Positions 49,477 through 57,967 of a DNA stretch of 64,000 nt are shown here, piece by piece. This DNA is from an uncultured bacterium (GTDB lineage: Bacteria > Desulfobacterota_D > UBA1144 > Nemesobacterales > UBA2774). Each line of letters begins with the position of its first letter. Within the stretch, counting starts at the first letter, position 1. The notes below the pieces were generated by a model. The model was not told where the DNA came from. It saw only the letters and a program-made list of their open reading frames with translations, and did not search any database. Location: NCBI GenBank assembly GCA_963705505.1, contig CAVPJU010000008.1:96001-160000 (forward strand), written 5' to 3'. The translations under genes and the position numbers were made by a program.

Positions 49477-51213
49477 ATGGATCAACAAGAAAAATCTCAC
49501 TCTACCTCAGCTAAAAGCCGCTTATACTCCTTTTACTCAAACGAGTACGCGTTTTTTATTTTCACCGGAATCATTATCGGAATTCTCGCGGGGTTTGCAA
49601 ACTTTGCTTTCGTAGAAACATACAGCTTTATCTATTCCAAAGTGGTTTCGCCTTTTTGGGGCTCCCCCTTCGTAATAATGCCGCTTCTCTGCGGGGGACT
49701 GTTATTATTTCTGCTTTCTTTTATTTTTCCCGCCGGCGTTCTTGGTTACGGCTTTACGAGCTTTCTGGAAAAAATAAATCTAAGGGGCGGCATACTAAAA
49801 CCGAAGGAAACAATTGCAAAAACGCTTGCCTCCTGCGTAACCCTGGGATTCGGGGGATCTGCCGGACAGGAAGGGCCGATCGCTCAGTTAGGCGGGGCAA
49901 TAGGCAGCTTCATAGGGCAGATATTCAAGCTATCGAGGAGCAAAATACCCGTGTTCGTCGCCTGCGGAGTCGCGGCGGGTATCGCGGCTACGTTTAACGC
50001 CCCTGTTGCGGGCGTTCTTTTCGCCGAAGAGATCGCGCTTCTCAGGGATTTCAGGATCGGGAGCTTTCTCCCCATAGTGATCTCAGCGGCGGTCGGTACC
50101 GTTGTATCTCATTCGTTACGAGGAAATGATCCTATATTCCAGGTACCGCCTTACGAATTCGTGAGCGTCAAGGAGCTTTTCTTCTATGCGGTATTCGGGA
50201 TTGTTCTGGGAATTTTTTCATCCGGGTTTATCAAGCTTTTTTTCACCGTTAAGGACGTTTTTTCCAAGGTAAAGTACTCTCCCCGGCTTCACCCCGTTCT
50301 GGGAGGGATTATCGTCGGAGGCATCGGAGTATTTTTCCCCTACGTATTGGGAAACGGCTACGATCAGGTCGATAAGGTCCTGCAAAATGAGCTTCCGCTT
50401 TTAGTAGTACTCGGGCTGATTCTCCTGAAGCCCATTGCAACCTCCATAACCATCGGCTCGGGATGGCCCGGCGGTGTGTTCGCTCCCTGTATCTTTATCG
50501 GAGCCGCGATGGGAAGTGCATTTGGACATCTCGTCGGGTATATCTTGTCGAGTCCGGTACCCCTGAGCGGCGCTTATGCGACCGTCGGAATGGGCACTTT
50601 TCTAGCGGCTGTAACCCAGGCCCCGCTCACCTCGATATTTCTGATATTTGAAATGACTCACAGCTATCAGGTCGTAATCCCGATAATGATCAGCTCGGTT
50701 CTCGGGAGCCTGGCATCACGGCTTCTTGCTGGAGGCTCGCTCGAAAGCCTCGAACTGAGCAAGGCGGGGATAAACATCGAAGAAGAAGTCGGCGGGCGAA
50801 TCATACATTTAATTCAGGCTAAAGATATAATGAGACGCGATATCGAGACGATTCCCGAGGGAATGACACTCCGGGAGCTGATAGAATATATTCCCCAAAG
50901 CCGCTACACGACGTTTCCGATCGTAGACGAAGAAGGGAATCTCACCGGTATAATCTCGATACAGGATTTCAGAAAGTGGATATTCGAGGAATCGATCAAG
51001 GAGCTGGTCGTGGTAAAAGAGCTGGCCACGCTTAATGTTATAACCGTGACCCCGGATGACACGCTCTATACCGTTCTGAAGAAATGGGAGAAGAAACCCG
51101 TAGAGATTCTTCCGGTAGTCGAATCGCATAATTCAAAAAAGATCGTGGGGACGCTTTCGAGAAAAGACGTGATCGCCGCGTACAACGAGGCCCTTTCCAA
51201 TAAAAATCCGTAA
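49477..51213 (+). CDS. ClC-family chloride channel/transporter with two CBS domains
   Basis: GSAGQEGP, AGIAATFNAPVAG, GGVFAP, C-terminal CBS pair. Confidence 0.93.
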   Translation: MDQQEKSHSTSAKSRLYSFYSNEYAFFIFTGIIIGILAGFANFAFVETYSFIYSKVVSPFWGSPFVIMPLLCGGLLLFLLSFIFPAGVLGYGFTSFLEKINLRGGILKPKETIAKTLASCVTLGFGGSAGQEGPIAQLGGAIGSFIGQIFKLSRSKIPVFVACGVAAGIAATFNAPVAGVLFAEEIALLRDFRIGSFLPIVISAAVGTVVSHSLRGNDPIFQVPPYEFVSVKELFFYAVFGIVLGIFSSGFIKLFFTVKDVFSKVKYSPRLHPVLGGIIVGGIGVFFPYVLGNGYDQVDKVLQNELPLLVVLGLILLKPIATSITIGSGWPGGVFAPCIFIGAAMGSAFGHLVGYILSSPVPLSGAYATVGMGTFLAAVTQAPLTSIFLIFEMTHSYQVVIPIMISSVLGSLASRLLAGGSLESLELSKAGINIEEEVGGRIIHLIQAKDIMRRDIETIPEGMTLRELIEYIPQSRYTTFPIVDEEGNLTGIISIQDFRKWIFEESIKELVVVKELATLNVITVTPDDTLYTVLKKWEKKPVEILPVVESHNSKKIVGTLSRKDVIAAYNEALSNKNP

Positions 51214-51293
51214 CGTGCGGGTCGTCTGTAGAGGTGAAAATCAAGGATAGGAATGGGTATATAAGCAACGGGCAGTCAGGCCCGCGGCTCCCC

Positions 51294-52847
51294 TCACGCC
51301 TTATGCTTCGCGAATTCCTGCTCGAACCTGCTCCTGAGCTCCTTCGCTTTGACGTCATACGCGGCGGGGTCTGCCCAGCTCTTCTTCGGCTCGAGCAGTT
51401 TCTCGTCGACTCCAGGACATGAGCACGGCACCTTGAGCCCGAATACGGGCACTTCCTTAAACGACCCCTTATCCAGCTCCCCGCTCACAGCAGCCGTGAC
51501 GAGCGCCCTCGTCTGGGGAAGCGGCATCCTCTTTCCGACTCCATACGGCCCGCCCGTTATTCCCGTGTTGAGGAGCCACACCGAAGCGCCGCTCTCTTCC
51601 AATTTCTTTTTCAGCATCTCCGCATAAAATAGAGGCGGCCTCGGCAGGAACGGCGCTCCGAAACAGGAGCTGAACGTCGCCTGTGGCTCTGTCACACCCC
51701 TTTCGGTTCCCGCTACTTTCGCCGTGTAGCCCAACGTGAAGAAGTACATCGCCTGCTCCGGGGTGAGCCTCGATATCGGGGGCAGGACTCCGAACGCGTC
51801 GTAGGTGAGCATGAATATGGTCTTCGGCATCCCGCCCACGCCCGCGGGCACTATGTTCCTGAGCGCGTCTATCTGGTATGCGCTCCTCGTGTTCTCGGTG
51901 AACCTTTCGCTGTCGAAATCGACACTCCGCGTCAGGGGGTTTATCTCCACGTTCTCGAGCACCGAGCCGAATTTGAGCGACGCGTCGAATATCTCGGGCT
52001 CCGTCTCCGGGTTGAGCTTTATCACCTTGGCGTAGCATCCGCCCTCGAAATTAAATACGCCCCGGTCAAACCAGCCGTGCTCGTCGTCCCCTATGAGCGC
52101 TCGGTCGGGGTCTGCCGAGAGTGTCGTCTTGCCGGTGCCCGATAGTCCGAAGAAAAGCGCGACGTCCCCTTCCCGCCCGACGTTGGCCGAGCAGTGCATA
52201 GGGAACACCCCTTCCCGCGGCAGAAGGAAGTTAAGGACGGTGAATACGGATTTCTTCATCTCCCCCGCGTACCGTGTGCCGCCTACTATCGCGACACGCT
52301 TGTCGAAGTTAAGCACGACGAACGTCCCCGTCCTCGTGCCGTCGGTCTCGGGGTCGGCTTCCACGCCCGGGGCCGCGATCACGGTGAACTCCACGGACTG
52401 ATGGGGCAGCTCGCCGGGGCCGGGCCGGATAAAGAGGTTATTGACGAAGACGTTGTGCCACGCGTATTCATTTATTACGCGGACCCGCATACGGTATTCC
52501 GGGTGCGCGCACACGTAGAGGTCCCTCACGAAGAGGTCCTTGCCTTCGAGGTAATGGAGGACCTTATTGTAGAGCAAATCGAAATGCGCCGGGGATATGG
52601 GTTTGTTGACGGGACCCCACAGTATCTCGCTCTCCGACCCCGGCTCCCTGACGAGGAACCTGTCCTGGGGGGACCGCCCCGTATGCGGTGCGGTATACGC
52701 GACGAGAGTCCCCGACTGCGCGATCTCCCCCTCCCCTCTCCTTACCACCTCTTCATAGAGCGCAGGTATGGGGGTGTTATAATAAACTTTTCCCGGGTTC
52801 CTGATCCCGTGCCGGTCAAGAAGCTCTCTTTCAGTAATCTGGCGCAC
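51294..52847 (-). CDS. pckA: Phosphoenolpyruvate carboxykinase (ATP)
   Basis: TGRSPQDRF, YAGEMKKS, GLSGTGKTTLS, IGDDEHGW, EGGCYAK. Confidence 0.97.
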   Translation of the reverse strand: MRQITERELLDRHGIRNPGKVYYNTPIPALYEEVVRRGEGEIAQSGTLVAYTAPHTGRSPQDRFLVREPGSESEILWGPVNKPISPAHFDLLYNKVLHYLEGKDLFVRDLYVCAHPEYRMRVRVINEYAWHNVFVNNLFIRPGPGELPHQSVEFTVIAAPGVEADPETDGTRTGTFVVLNFDKRVAIVGGTRYAGEMKKSVFTVLNFLLPREGVFPMHCSANVGREGDVALFFGLSGTGKTTLSADPDRALIGDDEHGWFDRGVFNFEGGCYAKVIKLNPETEPEIFDASLKFGSVLENVEINPLTRSVDFDSERFTENTRSAYQIDALRNIVPAGVGGMPKTIFMLTYDAFGVLPPISRLTPEQAMYFFTLGYTAKVAGTERGVTEPQATFSSCFGAPFLPRPPLFYAEMLKKKLEESGASVWLLNTGITGGPYGVGKRMPLPQTRALVTAAVSGELDKGSFKEVPVFGLKVPCSCPGVDEKLLEPKKSWADPAAYDVKAKELRSRFEQEFAKHKA

Positions 52848-53092
52848 CTCTAATTACCTCCTTGACCACGGGTACTCGATTTGTCGGCGGAAAAGATATG
52901 AAATCTATATCAACACGGCCGGGATTTCAAGGAGTTTGGCCGCGGGATAATCCCGCCGGACGTCATTCCCGCCGCGGTTTCTCCGGCACGCGGACGCCCC
53001 GCCCGGACGCCCCCGATTTGACCTTAGGCTTAAATTGTGATAGATTTTAAACATCTGTGCCACCCGGCACAAAGGGGAGTCAAAAAAAAAAT

Positions 53093-53584
53093 ATGTTTAA
53101 AGTAGGAAACAAAGCTGTCTACCCGGCTCACGGCGTTGTTCAGGTCAGAGCGGTGGAATCAAAGGAAATCTGCGGTACGATTAGAAATTTTTACATACTA
53201 CAGGTCGTTGACAGCGATGTCACCGTCATGGTCCCCACCGACAATGCCGCTATTGTGGGCCTCCGGCCCGTAATCACGAAAAGACAAATTACCCGGATTT
53301 ACGACATACTCAAGACCAAAATCAAGAACTCGAACAACCAGAACGGCGGTCAGAGCTGGAACAAGAGGTACCGCGAGTACTCCGACAAGCTCAAGAGCGG
53401 CGATATATTCGAAGTCGCGAACGTGCTCAGGGACATCAACCATCTCCAGAAAGGAAAAGACCTTTCCTTCGGGGAAAAGAGGATAATGGACTCCGCCCGC
53501 ACCCTTCTGATCAAGGAAATATCGATCGCGAAGAACCTCGCGGAAGAATCGGTCATTAAAGAGATCGAACAGCTGCTGCGCTGA
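53093..53584 (+). CDS. carD: CarD family transcriptional regulator
   Basis: MFKVGNKAVYPAHGV, VMVPT, WNKRYRE, LSFGEKR. Confidence 0.93.
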   Translation: MFKVGNKAVYPAHGVVQVRAVESKEICGTIRNFYILQVVDSDVTVMVPTDNAAIVGLRPVITKRQITRIYDILKTKIKNSNNQNGGQSWNKRYREYSDKLKSGDIFEVANVLRDINHLQKGKDLSFGEKRIMDSARTLLIKEISIAKNLAEESVIKEIEQLLR

Positions 53585-53637
53585 GTTAGTGAATCTCCTT
53601 CCCCCCTCGGTTATACTCTCATATAAATCCTTAAATC

Positions 53638-54510
53638 ATGGCAAACGGCATACTCGACATTGAGACCGCTTCGCGCCTCAGGCGTTTTTATTTCCGCAGC
53701 CCGTCCCGCGTTAGGGGGAGGAAGGCGGGGATACACAAGAGCCTATACAAGGGCATAAGCCCCGACTTCCTCGAATATAAGGAGTACAACCGCGGGGACG
53801 AGCTAAGGCAGGTGGACTGGCGGCTCTACGGCCGCCACGACAGGCTCTACGTGAAGAAATTCGAGGACGAAGTCAACCTCGACTGGTGCATACTCGTCGA
53901 CAGCTCCGCTTCGATGGGATACGGAGAGGATGGCGAAGCGAAGCTCCATTACGGGAAGCGGCTCGCTGCCACGCTCGCTTACCTGCTCCTTAAGCAGGGA
54001 GACGCAGTCGGCGCCGGCAGCTTTTCGGAGAGGGAGTTCGGCGTGATTCCGCCGAAGGCGGGGAATTCGTACATCACCCCCATACTTGAGAAGCTCGAAC
54101 ACATCAGCCCTTCGGGAGGGACCGCGCTCTCGGGGCCGCTGCTTAAAGCGCTCGAGGTCTTCAAAGGGGACGCCTCGTTCGTGATAATATCGGACCTCTT
54201 TGCCGATGAGAGCGAAATCGAGAAGATGCTCCAGCTCCTTAAAGCCGCTAAAAAGGACGCCGTTATCTTCCACGTGCTGCATCCGGACGAGTTCGAGTTC
54301 GGGTTCCGGGGATCTCTCGAATTCGAGGATATGGAATCGGAAGAAAAGATCATTGTCGATACCGACGCCGTCAGAAATACTTATAAGAAGAGGATAAGGG
54401 AGTTTATGGAGAAGCTCAGGCTCCTCTGCCATGAATACGAGTCGAGGTACGTTTTCTCGCCGTCATCCAGGCCGGTCGAGGAGTCCCTTATCGAGATCGC
54501 CGACAAATAG
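53638..54510 (+). CDS. DUF58 (vWA-like) MoxR partner
   Basis: GIHKS, YNRGDELRQVDWRLYGR, VKKFEDE, DSSASM, IISDL. Confidence 0.92.
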   Translation: MANGILDIETASRLRRFYFRSPSRVRGRKAGIHKSLYKGISPDFLEYKEYNRGDELRQVDWRLYGRHDRLYVKKFEDEVNLDWCILVDSSASMGYGEDGEAKLHYGKRLAATLAYLLLKQGDAVGAGSFSEREFGVIPPKAGNSYITPILEKLEHISPSGGTALSGPLLKALEVFKGDASFVIISDLFADESEIEKMLQLLKAAKKDAVIFHVLHPDEFEFGFRGSLEFEDMESEEKIIVDTDAVRNTYKKRIREFMEKLRLLCHEYESRYVFSPSSRPVEESLIEIADK

Positions 54511-54521
54511 AGAGACATGTA

Positions 54522-56480
54522 TTGAATTTCTCCTTCCTAAACCCGTTGTTCCTGATAGGTCTCGCCGCAATCGCGCTTCCCGTTATCGCGCACCTCATCT
54601 CGAGGAAGACCGGGCTCAGGAAAAGGTTCCCCGCCGTCAGGTTCCTCGTCGCCTCACAGGGAGACGCCGCGGCGAGGTCGAGGCTCAAGGACATACTGCT
54701 ACTGCTGTTGAGATCACTCATTATAGTCCTGCTTGTGCTCGTATTCGCGAAGCCGGCGCTGTTTTCGTTCGCCCCTGCGGGCAGCGATAACCCGAGAGCG
54801 CTCGCAATCGTCATAGACAACTCGTTCAGCATGGGATACGGGGATAACTTTGACCGCGCGCTCGAAAAAGCGAGGGAGCTCGTAGACACGCTCCCCGACG
54901 GCAGCTTCGCACTCGTAGCGCCCCTCGTCGGCGCGGACGGCGCGAGGCTCAGCCCTTCGAGCGATATAGGCGTGATGAGAGAAAGCACGGCTCATATAAA
55001 ATTGTCGGGCTCTTTCACCGACAACGAAAAGAGGCTCGAAGAAGCCTACTCCGCGCTCGACAGCGCGCCCAACGCATCAAAGGAAGTCGTGTTCATAACC
55101 GACCTTCAGAAAAACGGATGGGAGAATGAAAGATTCGACAAGGGCTGGCTCAGGATAATAGACGTGACGGACGGCGCGAAGCTGTCCAACCACGCCGTAA
55201 CGGACACGGCGGTCACGTACGGGAAGGACTCCGTAACGCTCGACCTTTCAGTCTCCAACTTTTCGGATAAAGCCGAGAGCGGGCTCCTCGCTTCCGTGAG
55301 TGCCGGCGGGGAAGAGCTGAAGGCGTTTCTCGATATTCCGCCCGGCGCGAGCATCGAAAAAGATTTCGCGATACCGGGAGAACATATTTCCGCAGATAAG
55401 AAGAAAGAAGGCTCGGCCGAAATACCGCGCGACAGGCTCTCGGTCGACGACACGAGGTACTTCGTCCTCTCGGACAGGGACGAATCGGGCGTGCTTATAG
55501 TCGACGGAGACCCGAGGGAAGACGCGAGGCTCTCCGAGACTTACTACCTGGCGAGGGCCGCCGAGACCGTCTCCGAGCTTACAGGGACGCATATCGCGGT
55601 CAAGGACAACGACAGCTTCCTCAACGAAAAGTTATCTAACTACGACCTCGTCTTCCTCGCAAACGTCGGGGACATCACACAGCAAAACGTAAAAGACCTC
55701 GAAGAGTTCGTCAAGGGCGGGGGCACGGCGGTGATATTCCTCGGGGAGCGCATAAGGCCCTCCTCCTACAACTCGCTGCTCAGGGACATACTTCCGGGCG
55801 AGCTCATTAATTCGGAAGAGAGGGATTCGAAAGTCACCGTACAGGCCCGGTCGATGTTCCCCAAAGACGTCGGCGACAGGATAAGCCAGGTCGGGGTCAA
55901 GAAGTATTTCAGGCTCGTCCCGTCGCCTGACTCGGAAGTCATACTCGGCCTCGAAGGAGGTGACCCGCTTCTCGTAAAAAAAACGATCGGAAAAGGAAGC
56001 GTCTTCCTCTTTACGTCCACAGCGGACACGAGCTGGAATAATTTCCCGATTACGACGGTCTTCCTCCCGGTGGTGAAGGAATTCCTCGACATGCCCGGCT
56101 CCTCGAACGAGAGGCGGAGGAATTATACCGTGGGTGACAAGGTCTCCCTCGACACCGCCCCCGGCGCCTACCCCATCGAAGTGATAGACCCCTCGGGCAA
56201 GAGGTTCCTCCCCGAAAAATCTGCGGCAGTATTCGAGGAGACATACGTGCCCGGCATCTACACCGTTATGGAATCGGGAAAGGAATCCTACAAATTCGCG
56301 GTGAACGTCGACCCGCGTGAATCGAACCTCGAAAAGATAGACATAAAGGCAGAAAATCCGGAAGCGGAAACCGGGGACGGTCTGGTTAAGATATTCAGGG
56401 AAATATGGCGCTACTTCCTCTGGGGCGCAGTGCTGCTCTTTATATCGGAAGCCGTCGCGAGAGCCGCTTTTTCACCGTGA
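54522..56480 (+). CDS. BatA-domain / vWA / GATase-like membrane protein
   Basis: FLNPLFLIGLAAIALPVIAHL, FPAVRFL, IDNSFSM MIDAS, VNVDPRESNL, C-terminal TM. Confidence 0.88.
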   Translation: MNFSFLNPLFLIGLAAIALPVIAHLISRKTGLRKRFPAVRFLVASQGDAAARSRLKDILLLLLRSLIIVLLVLVFAKPALFSFAPAGSDNPRALAIVIDNSFSMGYGDNFDRALEKARELVDTLPDGSFALVAPLVGADGARLSPSSDIGVMRESTAHIKLSGSFTDNEKRLEEAYSALDSAPNASKEVVFITDLQKNGWENERFDKGWLRIIDVTDGAKLSNHAVTDTAVTYGKDSVTLDLSVSNFSDKAESGLLASVSAGGEELKAFLDIPPGASIEKDFAIPGEHISADKKKEGSAEIPRDRLSVDDTRYFVLSDRDESGVLIVDGDPREDARLSETYYLARAAETVSELTGTHIAVKDNDSFLNEKLSNYDLVFLANVGDITQQNVKDLEEFVKGGGTAVIFLGERIRPSSYNSLLRDILPGELINSEERDSKVTVQARSMFPKDVGDRISQVGVKKYFRLVPSPDSEVILGLEGGDPLLVKKTIGKGSVFLFTSTADTSWNNFPITTVFLPVVKEFLDMPGSSNERRRNYTVGDKVSLDTAPGAYPIEVIDPSGKRFLPEKSAAVFEETYVPGIYTVMESGKESYKFAVNVDPRESNLEKIDIKAENPEAETGDGLVKIFREIWRYFLWGAVLLFISEAVARAAFSP

Positions 56481-56506
56481 CGAGGGGAAAGCTCCCACGC
56501 CCGCTC

Positions 56507-57922
56507 TCAGCTCACGTCCACGCCGTCTATGCCTTCGGTGACCGGCTTTCCGAGCAGGCTCAGTATCGTGGGATAGATGTCGACGGTCCTTATATATTCA
56601 CCCTTTATTTCCGCGCTCATGACGACAGGCACTAACATATGATCCCTGAAAAGCGCGCCGTGGGACGAGCGGTGCTCGGGGTTCTCGTGCTTCGCCCTGA
56701 GGTCGTAGCCCTGGTTCGCGCTCAGCACGAGGTCCCCCGTCCGGGGCGCTTCGAGCAGCTGAATTATCTGAAGGAGGGCGTCCGGGTAAGTCGTATTGTA
56801 ACTCCGCTCGAGCGCTTCAGCCGCGCTCATCCTTCCGGGCATGCCGTTATAGCCGAAGGGGTCCCCGGAAATCCTCTCGTAATTTATGAAGCCTTCCCCG
56901 TCGAGCCATGCCGCCGCCTCTCCCCTCGCGCTCTTCATCCTTGCCCTGCCCCTCTCGTCGAGTCCCGCGACTATATCGACCTCGGGCCTTTCGAGGAAGC
57001 CCTCCGCGAGGCCGTAAAGCTCCTCGAACGTCGATTTCCTCCCCCAGCCCTCCGGGCTCTTCACGTATATGTTGGCCATGGCGTTCCCCGATATGAGGCT
57101 CGCCGCGTCTGCATCCGTGAAATGCCTGAAGACGTTCGGGTAATAGAAGGTCTTGTATCCCCTGTGATTCATGAACTCGAGAGAATCGAAATGGGAGTGC
57201 GTCTGCGTAAGCCCGTGGTCGCTCCCGATGACTATTAGAGTCTCGTCGAGCCTCCCTTCGGTTTCGAGCTTCTTCGCCGCAAGCCCGACGGTATCATCGA
57301 TCCTCGTATAGGAATCCAGCACCTTTCTGTGGAACGGGTGGTTTATGTGCGAATACGTGTCTATGCCCAGGAACACGACGAATATGAAATCGTGCATCTC
57401 GTCCAGCTCGCGCAGCAGTATGCGCCTGGCCACCATATCGACCTCGTCGCTCTTGTCGGTAAAATGCCCCTTCACCTTGTAGTAGAGCTTCGAGAACCGC
57501 GTCTTGTCGTACCTGATGCTCACTCCGCGCGAGAGCTCGTTCAGGATGTTCCCGCTCCGGGGGAATACCTCGAAGAGGCTCTTGTTGTCGGTCGACACGT
57601 CGCTGTTCATGAAATAGGTCTCGAGCCCGATGTAGCTCCTGAAGCGGCGGAAAGAAAAGAGCCTCCTTTTGTCAGGGTATATGTACCTGTCGAACCACCT
57701 TATTCCGGGAAAGTTGCACCTCCCCGGATACTTCCCGAATATGTAGGGCGTATATGCCGGCCCTGTAGTCGACGGGAATACGGAGGACGCTATTCTGAAG
57801 GAGCCTTTTTCAACAACGTATCTGGAAATATTCGGGAGCTCTCCCTTTTCGAGGAGCTCGGAAAAAACGTCCGCCCTTGCGCCGTCCGCCATTATGAATA
57901 TACAGCTCTTGAACCTGCTCAT
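56507..57922 (-). CDS. Alkaline phosphatase superfamily / type I phosphodiesterase
   Basis: DGARAD, FPSTT, DTYSH, SDHG, SSHG. Confidence 0.88.
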   Translation of the reverse strand: MSRFKSCIFIMADGARADVFSELLEKGELPNISRYVVEKGSFRIASSVFPSTTGPAYTPYIFGKYPGRCNFPGIRWFDRYIYPDKRRLFSFRRFRSYIGLETYFMNSDVSTDNKSLFEVFPRSGNILNELSRGVSIRYDKTRFSKLYYKVKGHFTDKSDEVDMVARRILLRELDEMHDFIFVVFLGIDTYSHINHPFHRKVLDSYTRIDDTVGLAAKKLETEGRLDETLIVIGSDHGLTQTHSHFDSLEFMNHRGYKTFYYPNVFRHFTDADAASLISGNAMANIYVKSPEGWGRKSTFEELYGLAEGFLERPEVDIVAGLDERGRARMKSARGEAAAWLDGEGFINYERISGDPFGYNGMPGRMSAAEALERSYNTTYPDALLQIIQLLEAPRTGDLVLSANQGYDLRAKHENPEHRSSHGALFRDHMLVPVVMSAEIKGEYIRTVDIYPTILSLLGKPVTEGIDGVDVS

Positions 57923-57967
57923 ATGTATATTAGTCCTTTATCTCAGCGATTTTACAATGCGTCCCGC

